A stretch of 64,000 nt of DNA from Candidatus Latescibacterota bacterium (lineage in GTDB: Bacteria > Latescibacterota > CBDEFO01): contig OZ252149.1 of assembly GCA_965248755.1 (NCBI GenBank), forward strand, positions 1,088,001 to 1,152,000, given 5' to 3'. Each line of letters begins with the position of its first letter. Position 1 is the first letter of the stretch. The notes beneath the pieces were generated by a model that did not search any database, was not told where the DNA came from, and saw only the letters and a program-made list of their open reading frames with translations. Of this stretch, positions 20,718 to 30,867 are shown piece by piece. A program made the position numbers and the translations under genes.

Positions 20718-22511
20718 ATTAAACGCAATTGTCTTCGTGTAATAGCTGTTATGTTTTGCATCGCGTCCATTGTAGATGATGCCGGTGCGGTGGACCCTGC
20801 GGCAGCGAAAGAAACCGATATCCTCAAGATCACCGTGGGTACGCCGACCAAGCTCACTCCTCAGATCTTTCAGAATACCTCAGCCATAACCGGGTCACGA
20901 ACAGGAGTCGTGGCTGTCTTTTATCCAAAGCCGCCACGCGGGGTCAAGAAATATCGCGTTTCAACAGACGCCGGCCTGACCTGGGAGCCGGAGATAAACG
21001 CTCCGGCTAATTGGAGTGGTGCTCAAGCAATCGGACTGCGCCAAGGCGGCGTGATAAAGCTTACGACTTACGTCTTTCCTATCAAAGGGGAACCCGGCTG
21101 GTATGATGCGGAAACTTTTCTAGGCACCGACAATTTTACGAAATGGAAACAATTTATAGCCAAGATATATATGCCGGATCATATAACCTCTACTGACGTA
21201 AAATATCCGGGTCCGTCCAAAGGCCCGATCGTCCAAATACCCAACGGGGAGTTGCTAATGCCGATGCATGGCGGCTTAACGGGTGATGACCGCACCGTAG
21301 ACCGGACATACCTGGTCCATTCGAGAGACCAGGGCAGGACTTGGCGGTATTACGCGAGCATCCATTACGCCTCCAAGGATCCCAACCCGGAATTACCTGG
21401 TCGGTGGGCCGGCTCTTGCGAGCCGAGTGTCGGGCTTTTGCCCAATGGCCAGATGCTGGCCATGTTGCGCACGCAGGGCACCCAGTACCCGGGCGCATAC
21501 AAGCCCCTGTACGTCTGTTGGTCGAATGATCTGGGCAAGACCTGGACCAAGCCGACGCCGACTAAGCCGCATCTGATGTGTATCCAACCGACCCTGCAGG
21601 TGCTGGACAACGGCGTAGTGGCTTGTGTATATGGTCGGCCGGGCTGTCACGTAGCCTTCAGTTTAGACAACGGACGTACCTGGCAAGACCGCGTTACCTT
21701 CTCGGACCTACCAACCCCCCCCATTACGGGCCAGTTTGATATGGCAAAAGCTGGTCCCAACAAGCTGGTGGTAGTAGGCAACGACGCCGAGGGCACGAAG
21801 GTCTGGCCAATCACCGTGGAACGGGTGAAGGTATCGTCGGATCGCGTAGCCTTGACTGGCCAGCTGGTGGACCCACACAGTGGCAATCCGATTGCGGCTG
21901 CGAATGTGGAACTGGGCCCAAATCGCTACGCCCTCGATTCCTGGCTGGAGGACCCCACACGACTGGACCACTGGGATGCTGGGCCCAGGACAATCGGCTC
22001 ACCGGTACTGGGATATAGATCGATCCGTAAAGAAAACGGCCATCCGACAGCGCAGACGGATGAGCAGGGAAACTTCCGCTTCGAGTCCGTCAAACTTGGC
22101 GAATATGTCCTGACGGTTGAAGCTGACGGCTACGCCCCCCAGCATCGGCACATCAAGGTCGGACCGAAAGCCAAACCACAGGAGTTCCGCTTGAAGCCGG
22201 GCCTAAAGGTTTACAATCAGGTTGTGGATGAGAAGGCTAAGTCTGTTGCTGGTGCATGTGTGGTGCTGAATAATGAGCACATGCACACTGATACCCAAGG
22301 TTTCTTTCACTGGTCGGTGGAGGCAGGGAATTTTGATAAGCTGACGCGGTCTCGCCAGGTACGTCCGTTGTTTAATTCGCTACCGAAAGAGGTGTCGGTT
22401 AAGGTTTACAAGCGGTTTGGTGATGGTGGCCCATTTCGTGTGTCACTGAAGCAGCATTATAAGGTTCCATTCTCGCAGATCGAGAGTCAGCCGCTTATCC
22501 TACGCCAGTAG
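20718..22511 (+). CDS. BNR propeller plus carboxypeptidase-regulatory-like domains, paralog 2
   Basis: Same architecture as paralog 1. Homologous start is ATT 20718; the first ATG is 20751. Confidence 0.85.
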   Translation: MKRNCLRVIAVMFCIASIVDDAGAVDPAAAKETDILKITVGTPTKLTPQIFQNTSAITGSRTGVVAVFYPKPPRGVKKYRVSTDAGLTWEPEINAPANWSGAQAIGLRQGGVIKLTTYVFPIKGEPGWYDAETFLGTDNFTKWKQFIAKIYMPDHITSTDVKYPGPSKGPIVQIPNGELLMPMHGGLTGDDRTVDRTYLVHSRDQGRTWRYYASIHYASKDPNPELPGRWAGSCEPSVGLLPNGQMLAMLRTQGTQYPGAYKPLYVCWSNDLGKTWTKPTPTKPHLMCIQPTLQVLDNGVVACVYGRPGCHVAFSLDNGRTWQDRVTFSDLPTPPITGQFDMAKAGPNKLVVVGNDAEGTKVWPITVERVKVSSDRVALTGQLVDPHSGNPIAAANVELGPNRYALDSWLEDPTRLDHWDAGPRTIGSPVLGYRSIRKENGHPTAQTDEQGNFRFESVKLGEYVLTVEADGYAPQHRHIKVGPKAKPQEFRLKPGLKVYNQVVDEKAKSVAGACVVLNNEHMHTDTQGFFHWSVEAGNFDKLTRSRQVRPLFNSLPKEVSVKVYKRFGDGGPFRVSLKQHYKVPFSQIESQPLILRQ

Positions 22512-22607
22512 ATGGCCGGTTGCCATGCCGCGAGACGTCGTTACAGGTTTCCATTCGGACCAACGGGCCACTGTTTGGCTGAGCTTTAGAAACTGAGAGG
22601 ACTCGGC

Positions 22608-24377
22608 ATGAAACGCAATTTTCCTTGTCTGATAGCTGTTATGTTTTGCATCGCAGCCATTGTTCCCGATGCCGGTGCGATGGACCTTGCAGTAGCCGAA
22701 GAAACCGAGATCCTCAAGATCACCGTGGGTACGCCGACCAAGCTCACCCCTCAGCGCTATCAGAATACCTCAGCGGTAACCGGGTCACGAACAGGAGTCG
22801 TGGCTGTCTTTTATCCAAAGCCGCCCCGCGGGATCAAGAAATATCGCGTTTCAACAGACGCCGGCCTGACCTGGGGGCCGGAGATAAACGCTCCGGCTAA
22901 TTTCCACGGTGCTATGAGCATCGGACTGCGCCAAGGCGGCGTGATAAAGCTTACCACTGAGACTCCTCCTGTCGAAGGGAAACCCGGCTGGTATGATGCG
23001 GAAACTTTTCTAGGCACCGACAATTTCACGAATTGGAAACAATTCATAGCCAAGATATATATGCCGGATCATATGAACTCTACTGACATAAAAGCGCCGT
23101 CAACGGCCAAAGGCCCGATCATCCAGCTTCCCAACGGGGATCTGCTGATGCCGACGCAGGGCGGCTTGACGGGTGATGACCCCAAACGAAACCGTGCATA
23201 CCTGCTCCATTCGAAAGACCAGGGCAGGAATTGGCGGTATTACTCTAGCATTGATTACACTCCCAAGGATCCCCACCCGGAACTGGCGGGTGCGTGGATC
23301 GGCTCCTGCGAGCCGACTGTCGCCCTTTTGCCCAATGGCCAGATGCTGGCCATGTTGCGCACGCAGGGCACGGAGTACCCGGGCGCATACAAGCCCCTGT
23401 ATGCCTCTTGGTCGAATGATTTGGGCAAGAACTGGACCAAGCCGACGCCCACTAAGCCGCATCTGATGTGTATCTCACCGACCCTGCAGGTGCTGGACAA
23501 CGGCGTAGTGGCCTGTCAATATGGTCGGCCGGGCTCTCACGTAGCCTTCAGCTTAGACAACGGACGTACCTGGCAAGACCGGGTTAGCTTTTCAGATCTG
23601 CCGGAACCGATCATTACCGGCCAATTTGATATGGCAAAAGCTGGTCCCAACAAGCTGGTGGTAGTAGGTGCCGATGCCGAGGGCACGAAGGTTTGGCCAA
23701 TCACCGTCGAACGCGTGAAGGTGTCGTCGGATAGCGTACCCTTGACTGGCCAGCTAGTGGACCCACACAGTGGCTATCCGATTGCTGATGCGAATGTGGA
23801 ACTGGGCCCAAATCGCTACGCCCTCGACTCTTGGCGGGAGGACCCCAGACGGCTGGATCACTGGAATGCTGCAGCCAGGGCAATCGGCTCACCGGTACTG
23901 GGATATAGATCGATCCGCAAAGAAAACGTCCATCCGAAGGTGCAGACAGATGCCCAGGGAAACTTTCGCTTCGAGTCCGTCAAACTTGGTGAATATGTTC
24001 TGACGGTTGAAGCCGACGGCTACGCCCCCCAGCATCGGCACATCAAGGTCGGGCCGGAAGCCAAACCACAGGAGTTTCGCTTGAATGCTGGCCGAAAGAT
24101 TTGCAACCAGGTTGTGGATGAGAAGGGTAGGCCGGTTGGGGGTACATGTGTGGTGCTGAATAATGAGCACATGCACGCTGATGCCCAAGGTTTCTTTCAC
24201 TGGTCTCTGGAGGCTCCGCTACCGAAACAGGTGTCGGTCAAGGTTTACAAGCGGTTTGGTCGCGGTAACGAAACCCATGAAGGTGGCCTAACTCGCGTAG
24301 TTCGTGTGTCTCTGGATCAGCATTATGCGGTTCCATTCTCGCAGATCGAGAGTCAGCCGCTCATCCTACGCCAGTAG
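22608..24377 (+). CDS. BNR propeller plus carboxypeptidase-regulatory-like domains, paralog 3
   Basis: Signal peptide MKRNFPCLIAVMFCIAAIVPDAGA; Asp-boxes; RBS GAGGA. Confidence 0.9.
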   Translation: MKRNFPCLIAVMFCIAAIVPDAGAMDLAVAEETEILKITVGTPTKLTPQRYQNTSAVTGSRTGVVAVFYPKPPRGIKKYRVSTDAGLTWGPEINAPANFHGAMSIGLRQGGVIKLTTETPPVEGKPGWYDAETFLGTDNFTNWKQFIAKIYMPDHMNSTDIKAPSTAKGPIIQLPNGDLLMPTQGGLTGDDPKRNRAYLLHSKDQGRNWRYYSSIDYTPKDPHPELAGAWIGSCEPTVALLPNGQMLAMLRTQGTEYPGAYKPLYASWSNDLGKNWTKPTPTKPHLMCISPTLQVLDNGVVACQYGRPGSHVAFSLDNGRTWQDRVSFSDLPEPIITGQFDMAKAGPNKLVVVGADAEGTKVWPITVERVKVSSDSVPLTGQLVDPHSGYPIADANVELGPNRYALDSWREDPRRLDHWNAAARAIGSPVLGYRSIRKENVHPKVQTDAQGNFRFESVKLGEYVLTVEADGYAPQHRHIKVGPEAKPQEFRLNAGRKICNQVVDEKGRPVGGTCVVLNNEHMHADAQGFFHWSLEAPLPKQVSVKVYKRFGRGNETHEGGLTRVVRVSLDQHYAVPFSQIESQPLILRQ

Positions 24378-24473
24378 ATGGCCCTGTTGCCATGCTGCGA
24401 GACGTCATTCAGGTTTCCATTCGGACGAACGGGACACTGTTTGGCTGAGCTTTGAAAACTGAAAGGACTCGGC

Positions 24474-26222
24474 ATGAAACGCATTTTTCCTTGTTTGATA
24501 GCTGTTATGTTTTGCATTGCAGCCATTGTTCCTGATGCCGGTGCGATGGACCCTGCAGCAGCGGAAGAAACCGAGATCCTCAAGATTACCGTCGGTACGC
24601 CGACCAAGCTCACTTCTCAGAGCTATCAGAATACCTCTTCAGTGCTCGTGTCGCGAACGGGAGTGGTGGCCGCCTTTTATCCAACGCCGCCCAGGGGCCG
24701 GCCGATGTATCGTTTTTCAAAAGACGGCGGCAAGACTTGGGGCAAAGAGTTGGATGCCGCCGGATCACATTGGGGAGGGGCAGTGCACGTCGGGCTGCGC
24801 GATGGTGGTGTGCTCAAGCTTCGGAGTGACACGCCGCAAACCAAAGGAAAAACCGGGTGGTATGATGTGAAAACGTTTAAGTTCACCGACGATTTTACGA
24901 GTTGGGAAACCATTATGGGCAAGATGTATATGCCGAATCATATGCCATCTCTTGACGTAAAAACTCCGAGTGCCGCCAAGGGCCCCATCATCCAGCTTCC
25001 CAGCGGCGACCTGCTGATGCCGATGTACGGCGGTTTTAAGGGCGATGAGAAAGATGTACACCAGGCGTACCTTGTTGATTCGACCGACGAGGGTAAGACG
25101 TGGCGGTATTACGCAACCATCGACTATAGCCCAAAGGATCCCAACCCGGAGCTGCCGGGTCAATACGTCGGCGCCTGCGAACCAAGTGTCGTTCTATTGC
25201 CGAATGGACAGATGCTGGCCATCATGCGGAAGCAGCTTGCCCATTTCCCCGGTGAATACAAGCCCCTGTACGTGTGCTGGTCGGATAACCTGGGCAAGAC
25301 CTGGACCAAACCGACGCCGACCAAGCCGCATCTGATGAATATCTCGCCGACACTGCAGGTCCTCGACAACGGCGTGGTGGCAGTTGAATATGGTCGTCCG
25401 GGATTTCACGTCGCGTTCAGCCTCGACAACGGCCATACCTGGCAAGACCGGGTTAGCTTTTCAGACCTGCCGGAACCGATTATTACCGGCCAATTTGATA
25501 TGGCAAAAGCTGGTCCCAACAAGCTGGTGGTAGTAGGTGCCGATGCCGAGGGCACGAAGGTCTGGCCGATCACCGTCGAACGTGTGAAGGTTTCACCGGC
25601 ACGTGTGGCGCTCGAGGGCCGCATCCTGGATCCGGAGGGTAATCCGATTGCAGGCGCGACTGTTCAGCGCGGCCCCAACCGCTACGCGCTTGACTCGTGG
25701 CTGGAGGACCCCAAAGTACTGGATTCCTGGAAACGTCGTCCCAGAACAGTTGGCACACCGGTAATGGGATACCGACCGATCAAAAAGGAAAATGAATATC
25801 CGGCCGTAAAGACAGACAAGGAGGGACGTTACCGCTTTAAGTCCGTCAAGCTGGGTGAATATGTCCTGACGGTTGAAGCCAACGGTTACGCCCCCCGGCA
25901 TCGGCATATCAAGGTCAGACCAAAGGCCAAGGCACAGGACTTCAGCATGAAAGCCGGCCGGAAGATTTCCAATCGCGTTGTGGATACCAAAGGAAAACCG
26001 ATTGCCGGGGCCTGTGTCGTGCTTAACAACTGGCACAGCCACACTGACCCCACTGGTTTCTTCCACTGGTCACTGGAGGATCCGCTGCCGAAAACGGTGA
26101 CGTACAGGGTAGACAAGCGGTACAGTGCCGAAATCCGCGGTTCGACAGCCATGAAGTACGGGACGTTGAAAGGTACGGTGCCGCTGTCGACGGTCGAGCT
26201 ACAGCCGATGATCCTGCGCTAA
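24474..26222 (+). CDS. BNR propeller plus carboxypeptidase-regulatory-like domains, paralog 4
   Basis: Signal peptide MKRIFPCLIAVMFC; Asp-boxes; RBS AAGGA. Confidence 0.9.
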   Translation: MKRIFPCLIAVMFCIAAIVPDAGAMDPAAAEETEILKITVGTPTKLTSQSYQNTSSVLVSRTGVVAAFYPTPPRGRPMYRFSKDGGKTWGKELDAAGSHWGGAVHVGLRDGGVLKLRSDTPQTKGKTGWYDVKTFKFTDDFTSWETIMGKMYMPNHMPSLDVKTPSAAKGPIIQLPSGDLLMPMYGGFKGDEKDVHQAYLVDSTDEGKTWRYYATIDYSPKDPNPELPGQYVGACEPSVVLLPNGQMLAIMRKQLAHFPGEYKPLYVCWSDNLGKTWTKPTPTKPHLMNISPTLQVLDNGVVAVEYGRPGFHVAFSLDNGHTWQDRVSFSDLPEPIITGQFDMAKAGPNKLVVVGADAEGTKVWPITVERVKVSPARVALEGRILDPEGNPIAGATVQRGPNRYALDSWLEDPKVLDSWKRRPRTVGTPVMGYRPIKKENEYPAVKTDKEGRYRFKSVKLGEYVLTVEANGYAPRHRHIKVRPKAKAQDFSMKAGRKISNRVVDTKGKPIAGACVVLNNWHSHTDPTGFFHWSLEDPLPKTVTYRVDKRYSAEIRGSTAMKYGTLKGTVPLSTVELQPMILR

Positions 26223-26489
26223 GACGTAGGATGACATGAGGCCAGACGTCATTCAGGTTTCCATTTTACCTGCAGTTGCATTGTGCATAGGCAATACTAG
26301 TGTTACATAGTTCGACTGTTTCACTTCGCATGAGGCCCAAAACTGTAACCTCTTATTTGAGAGTGACTTGCGAATCAGTGCGTAATTGCCCGCCGAGTAC
26401 CATAAGTGACTTGGTTTAAATGCGTTAGAAACAAAATGCAACAGTCGAAGTAGGTAACCGTAAGGAGTCACATCACTGGAAGGCAAGCA

Positions 26490-26707
26490 GCCAGGGCACC
26501 TCTTCGACGCTGCTTCCGGACGGGTCAATCATCACCGTCATCGGATACCGTAGTCATGCCGGTCCGAAAGTGGAGAACCACTTCACCCCGAGAGACATCG
26601 GGCTGGTGCTCTGGCGGCTGAACCCTGAACCCGTAAACAACGATCGGACAATTCGCGATGCGCTATTCGACTCTGATCTTCGCAACATTTTTGATCCGTC
26701 GCAGTAA
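26490..26707 (+). pseudogene. 3' fragment of a sialidase-like gene (family of 8319-9690 and 17136-18452)
   Basis: Encodes QGTSSTLLPDGSIITV...PRDIGLVLWRLNPEPVNNDRTIRDALFDSDLRNIFDPSQ* with no 5' portion. Confidence 0.85.
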
Positions 26708-26773
26708 GGTCAATGGGACCTGTCTATGGCGAACAACACGCAGAGTGCTAGCTATGCGATTTTTCAATAACCA

Positions 26774-28312
26774 ATGAATCAACTCTCTGTTTGGGACTAC
26801 TTCGTTATTGTGGGGTATTTGATCGGTGTACTTGTGCTTGCCATCGTGTGTTCCGGTCGGCAAAAGTCACTGAAGGAGTACTTCCTCGCCAGCGGCTCTC
26901 TACCCTGGTGGGCGGTTGCACTGTCGTTATACGCTACCACAACGAGCCCGATTAGTTTTCTGGGAATATGCGGCTGGATATACCAGAAGGACAGCCGATG
27001 GTTTTTCGGCTCTACCTTGCTGGTCATGGTCAGCCTGCCCCTTGCAGCATATTTCTGGGTTCCTATCTGGGAACGACTGCGGATGTTGTCTATCTATGAG
27101 TATCTGGAGCGACGTTTCCACCCGGGGCTGCGCACCTTTGGCGCCACGATATTCCCGATTCAGATGATCTTCTGGGTTGGCAATGGTCTGGTGGCTGCCT
27201 CGATGGCATTCAATGCAGTGACTGGCGTGCCGGTCGTGTATTGCCTCTTTGGAATCGTTGTATTGGGTACAGCTTACACCATGCTTGGTGGCTCACGCGC
27301 GGTCATCTGGACTGATGTTGCTCAGGCGACTATTTTCGTCTTTGCCTACATCGTGATAGGGTTGTTGTTACTTAAATACTTTAACTGGCAACCAACGGAA
27401 ATCTACAACATCGCTTCCTCTGTGATATCCGAAGAATCAGGCTATCCAAAGACAAAACTCTTTTCCGCTGAATTCAGCCTGCACGTGGAAGCGACGATAT
27501 GGGCCATCTTGCTGTCAAAGATAGTGGAAGTGTTCATGTTCGGTTCCAATCAAGTCCGCATTCAGCGACTAATGGCGACAGGCACAAAGCGAAATATGTT
27601 CAAGGCGCTCGTAGGACTCGCAGGTGTCGAGGTGATCTTTATGCTCCTGGCTGTGTCCGTTGCCTGGGGATTTATCGCGTATTACCAGGTGAATCCGGAG
27701 GCCAAGGCGGTGATCACACAGGCCGACGAGGTGATGGCCCGCTATGTCGTCGGTCATCTGCCGATTCTGGTGCGGGGTGTGATTATGGCGGGCTTGTTGG
27801 CGGCGATGATGTCCACATTTGACTCGGCGGTGAACTCGATGAGCAGCATAACGATCAGCGACTTTTACAAGCGGTATTTAGTGCGCAGTGCCTCTGAAAA
27901 GCATTATGTATCCTGTTCTCGCTACGTCACGCTCGGTTGGGGCCTCCTGGTGCTGCTCTTTGCTCTGTGGCAAAGTGGTCACAGCGATACAACAGTACTT
28001 GAACGAATGGGCAAGCTCAACCTCCTAGTTCTACCCGCGATGGGTGTTTTCTTTATCCTCGGCGTCTTCACAAAGCGCTGCAACACAGCTGGGGTGCTGA
28101 TCGGCGCATTTGCAGCAGTCTTGCTGGCATTGAGTTTCAGCGGATTTCCAGGACTTATGAAACCGTGGATAGACCCCGATGCGCTTTCTATCAACTGGGT
28201 CTGGCTCGATGGACTCTGCACGGTCACAGGTTGCCTGACAGGCTATCTAGCGAGCCTGCTCTTTCGCGCACCTCCTGAAGACAAATTGAAGGAACTCACG
28301 GTTTACGCGTAA
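26774..28312 (+). CDS. Sodium:solute symporter (SSS/SLC5)
   Basis: EYFLAS..LPWW, SIYEYLERRF, GGSRAVIWTDVAQ and AAMMSTFDS motifs; many TM segments. Confidence 0.93.
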   Translation: MNQLSVWDYFVIVGYLIGVLVLAIVCSGRQKSLKEYFLASGSLPWWAVALSLYATTTSPISFLGICGWIYQKDSRWFFGSTLLVMVSLPLAAYFWVPIWERLRMLSIYEYLERRFHPGLRTFGATIFPIQMIFWVGNGLVAASMAFNAVTGVPVVYCLFGIVVLGTAYTMLGGSRAVIWTDVAQATIFVFAYIVIGLLLLKYFNWQPTEIYNIASSVISEESGYPKTKLFSAEFSLHVEATIWAILLSKIVEVFMFGSNQVRIQRLMATGTKRNMFKALVGLAGVEVIFMLLAVSVAWGFIAYYQVNPEAKAVITQADEVMARYVVGHLPILVRGVIMAGLLAAMMSTFDSAVNSMSSITISDFYKRYLVRSASEKHYVSCSRYVTLGWGLLVLLFALWQSGHSDTTVLERMGKLNLLVLPAMGVFFILGVFTKRCNTAGVLIGAFAAVLLALSFSGFPGLMKPWIDPDALSINWVWLDGLCTVTGCLTGYLASLLFRAPPEDKLKELTVYA

Positions 28313-28341
28313 TCGTTTGATGACCAACTCCTCTAAATCCT

Positions 28342-28402
28342 ATGCAAGCTAAGTCTGACGAAAGGACTACCAATGCAAGCTAAGTCTGATGAAAGGACCA
28401 CC
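28342..28402 (+). repeat. 31-bp tandem duplication of the gene start
   Basis: ATGCAAGCTAAGTCTGACGAAAGGACTACCA followed by ATGCAAGCTAAGTCTGATGAAAGGACCACC. Confidence 0.9.
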
Positions 28403-30301
28403 GAAACTGGTAGGCGCCCGCTTGTCTATCTGAACGACAGCGCACCCGAGTTTGACCTGCCCAAGTACCAGGGAGAGCGATACGAAGCTACCGTTCCGGA
28501 CACCTACGATATTCACGAGCGGGCCCTTGCGGTGCAAAACGTGATGACGCGGGCCGTGGATCGGGACTGGGACTATCAGATGTATTTCCGGGTCGAATTT
28601 GCCTGTAATCCGGCGGTCATGTGGCACGGGCTTGACGACATGTGCCAGCAGAAATATTTGCAGGCCTTGCCGCTGATCCGGCTCATCACCGGCGACGATA
28701 GCAATATGGAGATCGACAGGTCCTGGCTGGAGGCGGCCTTCAAGCAGATTGGCGCCGACGGTCTCAACTACTTTCCTCGGTACCCGTTCGATATTTGGAG
28801 ATTCTCTGCGTTGCTGGAGGATCCGAAAACTGAGCATTTCACCACAGGCTCCGTCAGCTTCCTTCCTCCGTTCGTCCTGCAGCATCTGCTGCGGCCGAAC
28901 GATCTGTGGCTGGAGTATATGCGCCGACAAATTGACGGGCTAAAACTGCTGGCTGTTGATGAAGGAGACTATGCCTACATCCCGTACCGTTTATTCCCTT
29001 ACGGCGGTAACTGGGACGAGCAAAGCCCTGTCCCACCCGGAGGATCCGCAGCATCAGAAGGTATAGGATTCTGCCTGCAAGGTGTTGGGCAGTGCTACCG
29101 TGTGAGCGGATATGAACCCGCTGGTGAACTGGCGCGAAAGATTTGCTATTACCTGAAAGATCACGCGTACCTTTTCGATGCAGAGGGCAAGTTTCTGCCC
29201 AACGATCCGCCCAAGATGAATGAAGGGCAATCTTTTGCGGATATGGGCGGCGGCGGCGAAAGCCATTTTCACGCTCATACGCTCTGTCTGTTGAATATGC
29301 TGGAATACGCCCTGCCTGCCAATGACCAGACACTCCTGGAATTCATTAAGAAGAGTTTTGATTGGGCAAGGGGACAGGGTGAACGAACCCTGATAAAACC
29401 TTCAACACAGCTCTCATCAGCCCAATATGTGTCGGAATGGCATCTGGGATATTTCCCGGAAAACCTTTTCGCAACCTGCCACGAACAAGCCGAGAGCTGT
29501 GAAGTCGCCGACATGATTGGTATCGGGCTGAAGCTGTCAGCATCCGCCTTGGGCGATTACTGGGACGACGTGGACCGGTGGATCCGCAACCAATTTGCCG
29601 AGAATCAACTGATGGACACCCGGTGGGTGCACGAGCTATCGGAGTCTTGTTCGTCCAGTGATCGGCCCATCGACGAGATAACCAGCAATGAGGACGTGAT
29701 TGAGCGCAACCGAGGTTCCTTTTCCGGGTGGGCGATGCCGAACGCCTGGATGGGAGAGGGGCCCTCCAGTCGCACGGGGATTATGCACTGTTGCACAGCA
29801 AACGGCGCCCGCGCCATCTGCTACATCTGGGAGCACATCCTACACTATGAGAGCGGCAACTTGCGGGTGAATCTGCTGATGAACCGAGCCTCCCGCTGGG
29901 CTGATGTTGACAGTCATATTCCGTACCAGGGCCAAGTGGATATTCGAGTCAAAGAGACCCTGGATCTACAAATCCGGATTCCCAGGTGGACAGATCTGAA
30001 ACAGGTGCGCTGTATGGTCAATGGCACCGAGCGCGCTGTAAGCTCCTTGGGACGCTACCTCCAGACAGGTCAGGTCCGCCCGGGTGATATGGTAACGGTT
30101 AGCTTCCCCATAGCTGAGACAAGCAAACACCTGGAGATCGAAAAGCAACTCTACCACGGCGTGATCCGCGGGGCGGATGTCGTCAACATGGATCCCCCGG
30201 GGGTAAGGGGGCCTTTCTATCAGCGGGACCACTACAGCACTGGCCAGACCCGCTGGCGCAAGGTTCAGCGATTCGCTGCATCCGAGGAAGTGAATTGGTA
30301 G
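28373..30301 (+). CDS. GH127/GH146-like glycoside hydrolase
   Basis: AESCEVAD and MHCCTANG resemble the E-T-C and C-C Zn-binding motifs of GH127; C-terminal beta domains (PYQGQV..LQIRIPRW). Confidence 0.7.
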   Translation: MQAKSDERTTETGRRPLVYLNDSAPEFDLPKYQGERYEATVPDTYDIHERALAVQNVMTRAVDRDWDYQMYFRVEFACNPAVMWHGLDDMCQQKYLQALPLIRLITGDDSNMEIDRSWLEAAFKQIGADGLNYFPRYPFDIWRFSALLEDPKTEHFTTGSVSFLPPFVLQHLLRPNDLWLEYMRRQIDGLKLLAVDEGDYAYIPYRLFPYGGNWDEQSPVPPGGSAASEGIGFCLQGVGQCYRVSGYEPAGELARKICYYLKDHAYLFDAEGKFLPNDPPKMNEGQSFADMGGGGESHFHAHTLCLLNMLEYALPANDQTLLEFIKKSFDWARGQGERTLIKPSTQLSSAQYVSEWHLGYFPENLFATCHEQAESCEVADMIGIGLKLSASALGDYWDDVDRWIRNQFAENQLMDTRWVHELSESCSSSDRPIDEITSNEDVIERNRGSFSGWAMPNAWMGEGPSSRTGIMHCCTANGARAICYIWEHILHYESGNLRVNLLMNRASRWADVDSHIPYQGQVDIRVKETLDLQIRIPRWTDLKQVRCMVNGTERAVSSLGRYLQTGQVRPGDMVTVSFPIAETSKHLEIEKQLYHGVIRGADVVNMDPPGVRGPFYQRDHYSTGQTRWRKVQRFAASEEVNW

Positions 30302-30867
30302 CCGGAAGATTTACTACCTCCCAGATGCAATGCAACATCTTGCAGTACAAAGTGCTATGAAAAGCTAAATGGCCGTCCGAAATTGGATGGATGGGTTTAA
30401 GTCCGATTGCCCCATCACCCGATTGCTGAGGGCGGAGTAGCTAAGCTTATTGGCGGATGGATCGATTGTGACGGCCTTCGGAACCGGCTACCGCAACCAG
30501 GGTTCGAGCAGCCGTGGATGGGACATTGCGCTGGTCTGCTGGCGCACCTGTTCGAAGAGGTTTAATTCTGACCGACATATCGCCGCCGGTAGTACGATTC
30601 GAACCCGCACAACGTCATAGTTCAGGATGTCGGCGACTGCACCATCGGAGATACCGCCGATCGTAAGAACCTGCGTGCATGTCACCCTCAGGTTAAGAGA
30701 ACCAAACGGATAATGAATTTTTCGCTGCAGAAGCCCGCTAGATTATGGCGTTTCTTTCACCGAGAGCTTCTTAAGGAATGCTCCGCTGTATTTTAACCTG
30801 GTCATTTGCATTAGAGCACCTCAACGGAGGTTTCTTTAGAACTAGCATATTTCTGAAAGGACTCAAA

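Noticed and set aside
26490..26707. Possible DGR template repeat for the sialidase 3' ends
   Set aside because: Differences between copies are not adenine-specific, they include indels, and no reverse transcriptase is present.
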